Shown here piece after piece: positions 47,067 through 57,464 of a DNA stretch of 64,000 nt; within the stretch, counting starts at the first letter, position 1; each line of letters starts with the position of its first letter. A program made the position numbers and the translations under genes. The notes under the pieces are model-generated. The model was not told the DNA's origin. It saw only the letters and a program-made list of their open reading frames with translations, and ran no database searches. The DNA lies in assembly GCA_017480095.1 (NCBI GenBank), contig JAFVBG010000002.1, forward strand, positions 3,728 to 67,727. Direction: 5' to 3'. Origin of the DNA: Candidatus Saccharimonadota bacterium (GTDB lineage Bacteria; Patescibacteriota; Saccharimonadia; Saccharimonadales; Saccharimonadaceae).

Positions 47067-47891
47067 TTATTCTTCAGCTTTTGGCGCTTCTTTTGTTTCT
47101 AAATTCTCGGCAATCGCTAGAACGCCGCGCAAGGCAAAAGCAGTATCATGGTGGTCATGGACGGTGATAGTGTCGATGCCCATCTCGACCACTGGATAAT
47201 CATTGCCGCCCGGTTGAGTCATGTCTCCAAAATACTGAATTTCTTCCTTTTGGACGGCTAGCTCTTCTAGCAAGTGAGTCATACCGAAGACCTTGTTCAT
47301 GCCAGGCACAATAGCATTGATGGAGGTAGTGCCGCCGATTTCGTAATCAAATTCTGGAGCGAGCTCCTTGCAACGGGCAACGATTTTCTTACGCTTTTCA
47401 GTGTCTGGATCCCAAGCGTATTTAGCCTCAGTGCCAGCCATCTGGCCGAGAGCCGAGAAAGTAACCTGTGAGAGACGGTTTTCAATAATCTGGTCACCTT
47501 CAGCAAGTTTATCTGCCTCCCAATAGCCGAGCTCCTGCGCGGCCTGCTCTAGGGTCTTGGTAATCTTTAGTACCTGATCCGGTGTGAGTGGGTAGTTATA
47601 AACTTGCTGCCAGTTGTTTTCATCATACATATCAGAAGTTGGGAAGTATTTATAATACTGTGTCCCCTGTGCTACAAAGAGGTGGAGATGAGTAAGCTGT
47701 TTATTAGTCACACCACGGTCTCGCAAACGGTTGACAATTTGAATCAGGAATTGATCGAACTTCTGACCAGAGATTGGTGCAACTTCAAAATGATCCAAAC
47801 AACGAATCAGCAAATCCGCAATTTCATCCGTAATGGGGGTTTTGGCGACATTGAGGGTTTGGTCGATGTCGAATGCTAAAACTTTCTTCAT
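47067..47891 (-). CDS. HAD-IIB hydrolase (phosphomannomutase-like)
   Basis: AFDIDQTL, ISG, GGTTSI, YFGDMTQPGGNDYPV. Confidence 0.88.
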   Translation of the reverse strand: MKKVLAFDIDQTLNVAKTPITDEIADLLIRCLDHFEVAPISGQKFDQFLIQIVNRLRDRGVTNKQLTHLHLFVAQGTQYYKYFPTSDMYDENNWQQVYNYPLTPDQVLKITKTLEQAAQELGYWEADKLAEGDQIIENRLSQVTFSALGQMAGTEAKYAWDPDTEKRKKIVARCKELAPEFDYEIGGTTSINAIVPGMNKVFGMTHLLEELAVQKEEIQYFGDMTQPGGNDYPVVEMGIDTITVHDHHDTAFALRGVLAIAENLETKEAPKAEE

Positions 47892-47926
47892 AAAAAACTC
47901 CTTTTCTTAATTATAACATAGAGGGG

Positions 47927-49180
47927 CTATTTTACTACGGCAAACTTGTTTTTACCACGCTTCAGCAAAGTTGGACGGTCGATAATTGTCTCAGCTTCGG
48001 TTAGCTTCGAGGTGACAGAATCGGACTCGCTTGGCTGGATAGCAGAAATTGCGCCTGATTTCAGGAAAGTCTTAGCCTCCTTTTTACTTGAAGCGAGACC
48101 AGATTCAACGATGGCATCCACAGCAGTTAAACCTTGGCGCACGACTGAGAAGTTTTCTGACGCCACTTCAAGATCTTCTAATGTAAAAATGGCATCCTTA
48201 CCGAACAACTTCGCAGTAAGCTCGGCTACGCCCTTAGCGGCCGCTTCGCCATGTACGACTGAAGTCGCACCAAACGCCAAGGCTTTTTGGGCTTCGCGGA
48301 GTTCTGGATGCTCAGCATGGCGTTTCAAAATGTCTTCGACTTCGGTTTTATCATAAACCGTGTAGATTTTCATCAGGTATTCAACGGAAGTATCAGGTTG
48401 GTTGAGCCAGAACTGGTAGAAGTCGAACACGGAAGTGTAGTTCCCAGAGCCATTGTCTTTACTGGCGAGCCAGATAGCATTACCTTCAGACTTGCCAAAT
48501 TTGCGACCAGTCACGGGGTCAATCACTAGCGGAGTAGACCAGACATCGGCAGTATGATTCTCAAACTTGCGAATCAATGTGATGCCAGTCGAGGCATTAC
48601 CGTATTGGTCGGCACCGCAGAGCTGCAGGTCGATACCATATTTGCGGAAAAGGTGGAGAAAATCGTAACCCTGAATCAAGGTGTAACTAAACTCGGCATA
48701 AGAAATGCCTGAACCACCCTCGCCCATGCGACTTTGGATGAACTTGCGATCCATCAGTTGAGTCATGGAGAAAGCTTTGCCAACTGTGCGCAGAAAGTCT
48801 AGATATTTGAAGTCCTTGAACCAATCATAGTTATCAACCATGACGACATCGTCGGTGTTGATAGTACGACGGATTTGCTCCTTGATGCACTTTTTATTAT
48901 GTTCGACTTCTTCAAGGGGCTTTAGTTCGCGCTCGCCGGTATCTTTTGGGTCGCCAATCTGACCAGTAGCGCCACCAACGAGGAGATAAGGTTTATAGCC
49001 GTGACGGACGAAGCAGGCGCACATCATCAGGGCAGCGAGGTTGCCAATTGTTAGCGAATCGGCAGAAGGGTCGGCACCCCAATAGAACTGCTTAGACTCT
49101 CGATTATCAAGGGTAGTAGGGTCTTTTACCGTGGTCTCGGCCATGAAGCCGCGCCACATCAGTTCTTCAGATAGTTTCAT
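47927..49180 (-). CDS. tyrS: Tyrosine--tRNA ligase
   Basis: GADPSADSLTIGN, QGYDF, KFGKS, C-terminal S4-like domain. Confidence 0.97.
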   Translation of the reverse strand: MKLSEELMWRGFMAETTVKDPTTLDNRESKQFYWGADPSADSLTIGNLAALMMCACFVRHGYKPYLLVGGATGQIGDPKDTGERELKPLEEVEHNKKCIKEQIRRTINTDDVVMVDNYDWFKDFKYLDFLRTVGKAFSMTQLMDRKFIQSRMGEGGSGISYAEFSYTLIQGYDFLHLFRKYGIDLQLCGADQYGNASTGITLIRKFENHTADVWSTPLVIDPVTGRKFGKSEGNAIWLASKDNGSGNYTSVFDFYQFWLNQPDTSVEYLMKIYTVYDKTEVEDILKRHAEHPELREAQKALAFGATSVVHGEAAAKGVAELTAKLFGKDAIFTLEDLEVASENFSVVRQGLTAVDAIVESGLASSKKEAKTFLKSGAISAIQPSESDSVTSKLTEAETIIDRPTLLKRGKNKFAVVK

Positions 49181-49336
49181 GATATATATTATACCACATC
49201 TTCAGGGGATTCGCCAATGATTAAGTCATCTAAACGTTTCTGTTCACAGATGGAGCAGAACGTGGATTCACTTGGCAAAAGCCGTATGCCGCAATCAATA
49301 CAAAGTGGTTCAGATGGGGTTTGTTTCCAAAGCATA

Positions 49337-49681
49337 CTACTCCTTTCCGATTTGCTTGGCACAGAAGTCGCGGAGTTCTGGGATGTCGTCGTTCACCGTA
49401 TTCCACATTCGTTCGACATCAATCTTCCCATAATCGTGAGTCAATATATTTCTAAAACCGATAATGGCATGCCAAGGAATATCCGGGTAAGCATCTTTTA
49501 GATTCTGGCTTAAGCTGTTTACTAGCTCGCCAACTTGAATGACACGGAATGCACATACTTCTTGGAAATCTAAATCCTCGGTAAATCTCTGCAAGTCACC
49601 ATTATTTCGCACAATAGTGCTAGCAATGCGATCACACAGGTCAATAATTCCCTCCAGTAAGAATACGTCTCTAGCTTCCAT
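49337..49681 (-). CDS. HepT-like (DUF86/HEPN) RNase toxin
   Basis: IPWHAIIGFRNILTHDYGKID (Rx4H). Confidence 0.9.
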   Translation of the reverse strand: MEARDVFLLEGIIDLCDRIASTIVRNNGDLQRFTEDLDFQEVCAFRVIQVGELVNSLSQNLKDAYPDIPWHAIIGFRNILTHDYGKIDVERMWNTVNDDIPELRDFCAKQIGKE

Positions 49682-49961
49682 AAACTAAAATCCTGTCATT
49701 TTTTATAAATTCGAAGAACTTTGGATGGACGCCATCATCTGTTAATACATCTACATCCTTTCCTAATTCATCGATCAATTCAACTCTGAACCCACTTAAA
49801 CCTAAATAGCTACGAATTTTTCCGGCATCAATAATTACATCTACATCACTATCCTCATTAGCTTCTCCTCTAGCATAAGAACCAAAAAGGTAGGCATTTT
49901 TAATGCCATATTTCTTACCGACTTTAGTGACAGCAGCTTCGATTTCATCAATGGTGAGCAT
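49671..49961 (-). CDS. MntA-like minimal nucleotidyltransferase antitoxin
   Basis: LFGSYARGEANEDSDVD (GSx10DxD); overlaps hepT. Confidence 0.9.
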   Translation of the reverse strand: MLTIDEIEAAVTKVGKKYGIKNAYLFGSYARGEANEDSDVDVIIDAGKIRSYLGLSGFRVELIDELGKDVDVLTDDGVHPKFFEFIKNDRILVYGS

Positions 49962-50070
49962 AGTGGTTTTACTCCTTATGAACATTATATCATATTTTGA
50001 CTATGCCAGCAAAGTTATAATAGTTCCCTAATAATTTAGATTGGTGTATGCAGCATGAGATCACAGGGGG

Positions 50071-50964
50071 GTTCAATTATACGATTGTTTTACACGATTC
50101 TCAAACCTCATCAAATAAATCGGCTCGAATTGTGCGGTTCAATTATACGATTGTTTTACACGATTCTCAAACAACCCAAGTTCATTCGCACAAGGGTTTG
50201 ATGTTCAATTATACGATTGTTTTACACGATTCTCAAACTCTGGTGATGTGGTGGTGTAGCACTCGATGGTTCAATTATACGATTGTTTTACACGATTCTC
50301 AAACATTGGAGGTAACATGGTAAAACGTAACGATGTTCAATTATACGATTGTTTTACACGATTCTCAAACCGGCGGCTGGCGTAATCTGTGCCCACAAGT
50401 GTTCAATTATACGATTGTTTTACACGATTCTCAAACCAGAGACTCGTGAATAGATTATTAAAAGACGTTCAATTATACGATTGTTTTACACGATTCTCAA
50501 ACAGGTGCTGGTGTTCCATAACGGTCGTGTCCGTTCAATTATACGATTGTTTTACACGATTCTCAAACGCCTTGCCTTTACTCACACCCTTGACAATCGT
50601 TCAATTATACGATTGTTTTACACGATTCTCAAACTGTGATGGCTCGATTATTTAAAACTCGCCAGTTCAATTATACGATTGTTTTACACGATTCTCAAAC
50701 AGAAATGGTTCAGCAATCACATCGCATTCTGTTCAATTATACGATTGTTTTACACGATTCTCAAACGGATTGACATTGAAGCAAGTCGGAAGGTTGGTTC
50801 AATTATACGATTGTTTTACACGATTCTCAAACGCACACAGGCTAAATGTAATTGTTTTTGGTGTTCAATTATACGATTGTTTTACACGATTCTCAAACTA
50901 TGCAATTGATAAAAGCCACTAGACCCGCGTTCAATTATACGATTGTTTTACACGATTCTCAAAC
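50071..50964 (-). CRISPR. Type II-A CRISPR array: 14 identical 36-nt repeats, 13 spacers of 30 nt
   Basis: Repeat on the minus strand GTTTGAGAATCGTGTAAAACAATCGTATAATTGAAC with a 66-nt period from 50071 to 50929. Confidence 0.99.
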
Positions 50965-51100
50965 CTCAATTCATGCTTTGAGAAGAGCGAAACGGCCGAT
51001 AACACCGATAACATCGCTTGAACTTAACTTGATTATACCACGTTTAGCATAAAAAGCTAGACCTAAAGCTAGGTAAAATTCAGTATTTTTACCGCTAAAA
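50965..51100 (-). promoter_or_regulatory. CRISPR leader
   Basis: TGGTATAAT near 51030-51038 (minus); leader end AATTGAG next to the first repeat resembles the II-A ATTTGAG motif. Confidence 0.75.
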
Positions 51101-51775
51101 TCATATTTCACAGAAGTCTTTATCCACCATAATACGGTTGAATTCTGGAAATTTAGCACGAGCTTGATTCTCTATAAACAAAATATTGAACTGGTGATTT
51201 AATACATTCTTGATTAATTGTTCAGTCTCTTTTTCAGCAATATACGATCGTAAATTGACGAATACGAATAGCTTAATTCCTGCCAATTCTGTCATAGCTT
51301 CCATATAATCAGTCAGTAGTTCAATATAATCGTCCTCATCGCCAACAACATGGAGATTTACAGCCTTCGCAATTTGGTCAAGCGTAAAATCATCTGCTAC
51401 AACTTCAAAACCAAATCCTTCTGTGTCTATTAACTCACCCAGATATTTAATGATTTTAGTTTTGAACTTATTTGTTTCTAAATAAAACTCCTCAGAGTTG
51501 GATGTTTTTACCAATAACTTCAATAGTGTTGACGTTGCCTTTCGATTGTTGAAGCTCAGCTTTGTTGGATTAAAAACTGCTTCAATCTCATTGGAAAAGT
51601 TTAGCGTCTTGGTTCCTTCAATAAAATTAAGTCCCACGCCATCGCTAGTTTCCTCGTTCAAATCTCTACTTACCTCTCTAAAAAGAGTTGGGACTTCAAT
51701 CACAAGTTCACCAATATGGCTATTCTCCGTCCATTCTATTGTGTTCTGCAAATCTGAATGTGTCATTCGAATCAT
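51101..51775 (-). CDS. csn2: CRISPR-associated Csn2 (short type)
   Basis: 224 aa after cas2; KLFVFVNLRSY, FNRIMVDKDFCEI. Confidence 0.92.
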   Translation of the reverse strand: MIRMTHSDLQNTIEWTENSHIGELVIEVPTLFREVSRDLNEETSDGVGLNFIEGTKTLNFSNEIEAVFNPTKLSFNNRKATSTLLKLLVKTSNSEEFYLETNKFKTKIIKYLGELIDTEGFGFEVVADDFTLDQIAKAVNLHVVGDEDDYIELLTDYMEAMTELAGIKLFVFVNLRSYIAEKETEQLIKNVLNHQFNILFIENQARAKFPEFNRIMVDKDFCEI

Positions 51776-52092
51776 AAAACTACCATTCTTTCGTCAGTTT
51801 GAATTGCGTCTGAAGCGTCTTCCCCCACTACAAATCGCATACTAGCAAACTGCCTCTCCGTCACAACCATAAGCTGGACAATTCCTTTTGGCGGCTTATT
51901 CTTTTGAATTAATTGTTCAACTTTATCCACAGCGTGAGCATTGATACATATTTTCGTATAGATTGATTCTTGCATCATTATAAAACCTTCGTTTATTAAA
52001 AACTTACGAAACCAACGATAATGCCTTCTGTCCATTGAGGTTTCTGTTGGCAAATCAAACATCACTACAACGCGCATAAATCTATAGCTCAT
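51772..52092 (-). CDS. cas2: CRISPR-associated endoribonuclease Cas2
   Basis: MSYRFMRVVVMFDLPTET...GFIMMQESIY. Confidence 0.96.
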   Translation of the reverse strand: MSYRFMRVVVMFDLPTETSMDRRHYRWFRKFLINEGFIMMQESIYTKICINAHAVDKVEQLIQKNKPPKGIVQLMVVTERQFASMRFVVGEDASDAIQTDERMVVL

Positions 52093-52957
52093 ACCAGTTC
52101 AATATTTTAGATGGATCCTTTTCTTCCAAGGCCAGAAATATACTACGTACATAAATTCCAATTGCGTTATTTAAATATTGCTTGGAATCGACGATTTTCA
52201 CCTGCGAGTTTAGAAGATTCACCACTTGAATCTTTTCCTCTTTTTCAAATATAGTAAAATCACATTTGTAGGCGAAGTAGTCAATGATAGGGCGAAAACT
52301 TTCCATCAAGTCGGAGCCAAGATTAAAAGGGTTGCTAACACTATTGTGCCAAATCCCAATTTGCGTAAGGTATCCGGACGCAGAAATCTCTCGATTAAAA
52401 CATGACAGCAAAACTGTGTAACCATAGTTTAATACCGCATTGCGTATATCATCGGAGTTCCTATAAAAGTCTTCGTCAAAAAGCGCATTAAAATATACTT
52501 TTGCGGCATGCCCTTCGCGGTTAGTAGAGTCTCCAGGTTGCACCTCTGCGGTATATTTCATTAATTGTTCTGCTTTTGCATCTTGCCCAACCTTCTGCAG
52601 AACTTTAGCCTGGTTAGTTATTTTTTGAATGATAATTTTTTGCCAAATTTTTTCTTTAATATCTTGCGACCATGCAATCTGATCTCGGATTTTTCCACTT
52701 GAATCATAACTACCATGTACCGGCATCAATTCTGAGACGGGATTATGATTGGTATCACAAAAGATAACTTTAACTTTTTGCGCAATTAGTTCAGACAACA
52801 AGTATGCCGTAATTGAAATTGCAGTTGTTTCACAAATAAGAACTGAAATGTCTCCCAAGTGAATCCGTTTTTCTCCATCTTCACTACGAACAACCAAGAA
52901 GCCCATCTTATAGTCTAATTTTGACCGGCTCGACACCACCACTACGCGCCAAGACAT
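52082..52957 (-). CDS. cas1: CRISPR-associated endonuclease Cas1 (type II)
   Basis: MSWRVVVVSSRSKLDYK, NREGHAAKVYF, LNYGY, DLMESFRP. Confidence 0.97.
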   Translation of the reverse strand: MSWRVVVVSSRSKLDYKMGFLVVRSEDGEKRIHLGDISVLICETTAISITAYLLSELIAQKVKVIFCDTNHNPVSELMPVHGSYDSSGKIRDQIAWSQDIKEKIWQKIIIQKITNQAKVLQKVGQDAKAEQLMKYTAEVQPGDSTNREGHAAKVYFNALFDEDFYRNSDDIRNAVLNYGYTVLLSCFNREISASGYLTQIGIWHNSVSNPFNLGSDLMESFRPIIDYFAYKCDFTIFEKEEKIQVVNLLNSQVKIVDSKQYLNNAIGIYVRSIFLALEEKDPSKILNWYEL

Positions 52958-52958
52958 T

Positions 52959-55900
52959 TTATTTTCTCGGTTTGCAAGTTTTTAGATCAATGACCTCTTC
53001 AAAAAGTCCAGTCGGAGATTGATTGATGAGAAAGGCGGAATCATATCTAAAAACATTATCGTTGAATTTGCCTTTACCAACAGTTCCAGCCTTAGGCACA
53101 AATTTAGAAAGATCAGCAGTGGTTGGGCCACAATTAAACACGTTAAGGAAATTATGCAATGTGAGCACTTGATCCTTTATTTCTAGCTCTTTAAAATCTT
53201 GAGCATGTGCTTGTATTTCATCAATCTTTCCTCCAAGCTCCGGCATTTTTCTGTATGCTTCTAATTTCTTTAGAAAAACATTAAGAAGTTCTTCATTTTT
53301 AGCCTTAGTTATGCCATCGCGTTTCTCATCAATGCAATATTTTCCTCGTAGTTCGATATCTTTCTTGGCCACACTTTCAATCTTTTTGACATAGGCACAC
53401 TCGTTTGCATTGAATATGACCTGGACCGCATGATAGAATCCTATTGCAACATCGCTCCCCTTACGTGAAATATGCAATGGAAAACCGTTTATTCTCATTA
53501 GTGATTTATAACCAATTACTGGAATAATGACCCTCCCATCTTTATAGTTTCTAGCGATATATTTGTCTAGTTCGTATTGATTGATTTGTGGGATTGGGAC
53601 AATTCTACGCTCAATGATACCTTTTCTCCCTACGCGTTCAATCAAGGAGAAGTGTGCACCTTTAAGCGAGTTATATCCACCGTATTTCTTCGGGTCCATA
53701 CCCTTTTTAGCCGGTAAAATGCCTTCGACGTTATCCGCCTTACGGACTAATTGCAAATCTGAAATTGCCCCCGATTCAACATAGTTCATTCTCGTCCAAA
53801 GAATGTCGTTGCGCTTCAGCGTATTGCTTACAATTTTAATTGTATCGGCATAATTCCAGCCATACATAATTGGCCCATTGCCCGGCTTATCCCGCCAAAG
53901 CACCCATGGATTAACTGACCAGTTTGCTTTTTGCTCTTCTTGGTTTCGAATCCACTTGTAAGGGTCAGCCGTAAACGTCTCATGTAACGCATTTCCAACA
54001 ACAATGTTTAAATACGCGTCCTTGGCGTGATGAAGGTCGTTGATCGCGCGCACTTTAATAAATTCCGGCATTTCTGGATGCAACAATCTATTCCCATCAT
54101 ATTTATCATACTGTTCTTTAGAGAACCAATGACGAAATTCCGAAACCTGCGATGCTTTACTCATTACTACTTTTGTATGTGGGTAGGCCTGCTGGAGTAA
54201 ATCTCGTATGGCTTTAATTGATTGGCTAGTTTCTACTAGCTGCCGCGCAGCAAAATTGCCCAGTTCTTCAGGCGTGAGTGGATTTGCGCGCGTTAGTCGA
54301 AGATACTTTTCTTTCGTAATGAGTTGATTACCAAGCAGTAATCCCCAGAAGCCATGTTGATTGCTGCGAATGCTATCTGATATAGGATAAGTGTTTGTTT
54401 TCTCCCGGTTTAATTCTGCCTTGACGAGAACCAAATTGCGCGTAATGCTATCATCCTTGGTTTTTGAGCGTGGATAGATGTGATCAATATCATACAAGGT
54501 TGTATTATTCAAATCTTCCAGGTTGATTGGCGTGCCACTGTAGGCGCATTTACCGAGCTGGGTAAAATACAAGTAAAGTTTCTTACTTTGCAAATCACGA
54601 TCTTCGTAACTATTTAATTCTTTTAAAAGTTCATCATATTCACCGTCTTTATTGATAGACTTATACAAATCCTCTAATTGAGTTTTACGGGACAGCTTAT
54701 AATTCCCTTTTTCCTTGGCGTCCTCACCGCGAGTAACCTCCAAGAAGATTTTCTTTGGTGCGGTTTTCTCGACCTTGACAAGTTCATTGACAATTTTAAT
54801 GGTCTGCCATACTGTGCGCTTGACGGCCGGTGAGCAATATAGATTGTTAACGTCTTGGTATGTAATTTTGGTTTCTTTGGATTTTTTCGGTGCATTAAAC
54901 TCATCTACAGCCTCAAAGAATCCAGCGCCTAGTAGTTCCATTAGATTCATATTTGTTTCATAAAGCGCCTCAATAATTGTATAATCAATACCGTTGATTT
55001 TTGCACGGATCCCGTTTAAGAATGTGCCAGAAAACTTTCCCCAGTCTTTTAGCGATAGCTTAGCTAGTTTCTTGGCCTCTTCCGTCGAGCATCCTAATAC
55101 CTCTTCAATTTTAGGTGATAAAATTTTTCGTTCTTCGCCAAGCACCGTGATTAAATTAATGGCTTCTTCAAGACTCTTCTGAGAATACTTCTTTGTATAA
55201 TCATCACCAAGAATCTTCCTAAAAGACAGATGCGTGGAAAGTTTGGGTAAAATCTTAACTTCTGATGTGCCAGCCAGTTCATCCTCTGGCGAAATGATAG
55301 AGTTTGCCACCAGAATATTGCGCAATTTCTTCAAAGTAATATTTCCTGACACTTCACCACTGGCAAAAATTTGGTCAAAGATGCGTTGCTTCAGCTGGGC
55401 ATCTTCGATCCGGTAGCCATTAATTTTGAGATTGTTAATCTCGTTTAGCACCATATTTTTTTGATAGAGTAGAGATGACTTCGGTAGTACATCTTCGCCA
55501 ATTAGATAGGTACACTGATTAGCCATACGCTGGATAAAGTTATTTGCTCTGGCATCCAACCCCACAAGCTGATTAAAATTCCATGGATAAATAAGTTCTT
55601 TAATCTCCTCGTCTGCCCATGAAAACTCACTTTTACCCCCTTCTACAATTGCACCATCCTTATTAAACTTGCGCTTGACGAGTGGACCACAATAGTACGG
55701 GATTTTAAAACTGTGTATACTCTCAATCTTTTTAGAAATCGTGTTATGTCTTTCGTCTTCGTTTTTATTGATTGCCCCAAACGCAGGGTAGTCATTTTCC
55801 AGCCTATTTAGAATCTGGCGTAGTTCATTGTAATGTAGCTGTTGCGGAATTGTACCTTTCGCCTGGCCACGCTGTTTTGGCAGAAGTTCAAAATCCTCCG

Positions 55901-57158
55901 CTCGTTCTATTAAGGATTTGATTTCAGGTGATTCTGGCAATGTTTCAAGTATTCTTTTGATTTCTTTGTTTATATCTTCTTGATTAACTGGCTTGGCAGA
56001 TTTTTGTCGCCCGCTCTTTTCCGTCGTGAACGCTTTGCCAATATACGCATTGTAATTTATCGTTTCGCCATTAGCTTTAAATATTCGTGCAAATAACTCT
56101 GGGTAAGGCTTTAAAATCTCCTTCAAATCTTTTAAATCTTTTTGGTGTTGATCATAGTTAGCAACCATTGCTTCGGAAATAGTTTTATGACTGCTCAATA
56201 AATTCGAGAGGATGCCATAATCATATATTTGCTTAGCCGAAATGATTAGATCCATACAACTCGTATCGCCAAGATCCTGTTCAATATCCGGTTGCTTTTC
56301 TTCAAAACTTCCGTTATCGAACGAATACTTCATTGCATCCTCATTTGGCTCGTCCACAAAGATTTTTTGAAGTGTGACGTTTGAGCCGACAAGAAGGCCG
56401 CATAGTTCGTCTTGACGCTTAGCTAGACTTTCTTCCATCTCATCGTCCTCAATAAAAATGAGCTCTTTTAGTTCTTTTCGTTTATCGCGTTTGCCTTTTC
56501 TCTTGTCTTTAACGATTTGTTCGACTTTCTCGGATACAGCATCAGAAATTCTAAAACCGAAGTTCTGCGCAATATTTATAAAGTCATCGAAAAGTAGATT
56601 AAAATCCGTATTACCGTCTTTGAGAGAACCTTCTATTAAAAAGTGCCCGCGATGTTTTAGAATATGATGGACCGCTAAGAAATAGAGCCGCAAGTCAAAA
56701 TGCTCTCCGTCGCAAAATTCAGTTTTTTCTGCATTACCCTTAATAATCGCATCCCTAAGATGCCAAATAGTTGGAAAAGCTTTATAGTATTCTTTATCCG
56801 TAAAAGTAGGTTCATTAAAAAGCGTATACTTATGCTGATTGATTTTTTCAGGACGATCTTCCAAAAGCAACATAGATTTACTGAGGCGCAGATAAAAATC
56901 TGGGTCAATTTTTGCCATTTCTGGTGCAAAAAGTTCCTCAAGAAGTTTTAGTCGAGCATGAGCGCGATGCCCGCGGCGACGGGCCGACCGGTGAGCGCGA
57001 CGCTCGGCCGCAGTATCAGCCTCGTCGAAGAGACGAGCACCCCAAAGAGTCTTACCTTTGGCCCGAAGAAGGTTATAGTTTTCATCAGTAACTGCCCAAC
57101 CCACGGATGATGTTCCGCAGTCTAGGCCAATATAATAATCTCTTGCACTTTTTGACAT
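52959..57158 (-). CDS. cas9: Type II-A Cas9, 1399 aa
   Basis: RuvC-I IGLDCGTSSVGWA, Arg-rich bridge helix, RuvC-II IFLEVTR, HNH DIDHIYPRS, RuvC-III HHAKDAYL. Confidence 0.98.
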   Translation of the reverse strand: MSKSARDYYIGLDCGTSSVGWAVTDENYNLLRAKGKTLWGARLFDEADTAAERRAHRSARRRGHRAHARLKLLEELFAPEMAKIDPDFYLRLSKSMLLLEDRPEKINQHKYTLFNEPTFTDKEYYKAFPTIWHLRDAIIKGNAEKTEFCDGEHFDLRLYFLAVHHILKHRGHFLIEGSLKDGNTDFNLLFDDFINIAQNFGFRISDAVSEKVEQIVKDKRKGKRDKRKELKELIFIEDDEMEESLAKRQDELCGLLVGSNVTLQKIFVDEPNEDAMKYSFDNGSFEEKQPDIEQDLGDTSCMDLIISAKQIYDYGILSNLLSSHKTISEAMVANYDQHQKDLKDLKEILKPYPELFARIFKANGETINYNAYIGKAFTTEKSGRQKSAKPVNQEDINKEIKRILETLPESPEIKSLIERAEDFELLPKQRGQAKGTIPQQLHYNELRQILNRLENDYPAFGAINKNEDERHNTISKKIESIHSFKIPYYCGPLVKRKFNKDGAIVEGGKSEFSWADEEIKELIYPWNFNQLVGLDARANNFIQRMANQCTYLIGEDVLPKSSLLYQKNMVLNEINNLKINGYRIEDAQLKQRIFDQIFASGEVSGNITLKKLRNILVANSIISPEDELAGTSEVKILPKLSTHLSFRKILGDDYTKKYSQKSLEEAINLITVLGEERKILSPKIEEVLGCSTEEAKKLAKLSLKDWGKFSGTFLNGIRAKINGIDYTIIEALYETNMNLMELLGAGFFEAVDEFNAPKKSKETKITYQDVNNLYCSPAVKRTVWQTIKIVNELVKVEKTAPKKIFLEVTRGEDAKEKGNYKLSRKTQLEDLYKSINKDGEYDELLKELNSYEDRDLQSKKLYLYFTQLGKCAYSGTPINLEDLNNTTLYDIDHIYPRSKTKDDSITRNLVLVKAELNREKTNTYPISDSIRSNQHGFWGLLLGNQLITKEKYLRLTRANPLTPEELGNFAARQLVETSQSIKAIRDLLQQAYPHTKVVMSKASQVSEFRHWFSKEQYDKYDGNRLLHPEMPEFIKVRAINDLHHAKDAYLNIVVGNALHETFTADPYKWIRNQEEQKANWSVNPWVLWRDKPGNGPIMYGWNYADTIKIVSNTLKRNDILWTRMNYVESGAISDLQLVRKADNVEGILPAKKGMDPKKYGGYNSLKGAHFSLIERVGRKGIIERRIVPIPQINQYELDKYIARNYKDGRVIIPVIGYKSLMRINGFPLHISRKGSDVAIGFYHAVQVIFNANECAYVKKIESVAKKDIELRGKYCIDEKRDGITKAKNEELLNVFLKKLEAYRKMPELGGKIDEIQAHAQDFKELEIKDQVLTLHNFLNVFNCGPTTADLSKFVPKAGTVGKGKFNDNVFRYDSAFLINQSPTGLFEEVIDLKTCKPRK

Positions 57159-57217
57159 TTACGCCTCTCTTTAGAATCTACTTGTATTTTATCACGTAAT
57201 GATGTATATTGGAAGTA

Positions 57218-57347
57218 TTCAATATACGATTGGATACACGATAAGTTCAAATAAGCGCCGTTTAAGCGTAAACGGTTTAGCGAAATCACCTCGTTTTGAG
57301 GAGCCCATTGTGGGCATCACAAAAACTCCCCTCGTGGGGAGGTTTTT
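57218..57347 (+). ncRNA. tracrRNA
   Basis: Anti-repeat TTCAATATACGATTGGATACACGAT-AAG-TTCAAAT pairs with the repeat; promoter TTGTAT-17-TATATT (57182-57210); 3' hairpins and terminator AAAAACTCCCC/GGGGAGGTTTTT. Confidence 0.88.
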
Positions 57348-57357
57348 ATAGTGCCTA

Positions 57358-57386
57358 TTGACAAATCACATAAAGTGTGCTATAAT
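57358..57386 (+). promoter_or_regulatory. Perfect sigma70 promoter (TTGACA-17-TATAAT, extended -10) with no downstream gene
   Basis: TTGACAAATCACATAAAGTGTGCTATAAT facing the convergent metG end. Confidence 0.65.
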
Positions 57387-57464
57387 AGGAATTATGCCCC
57401 CAGCGGGGAGTTTTTAATCTCCTCCCCTATTAACTGGATTATGAAGCTATTAATGCTAAAGTTT

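Noticed and set aside
49217-49501. Plus-strand 94-aa ORF
   Set aside because: Antisense to hepT; no motif.
50048-51052. Repetitive ORFs across the CRISPR array
   Set aside because: Artefacts of the 66-nt period.
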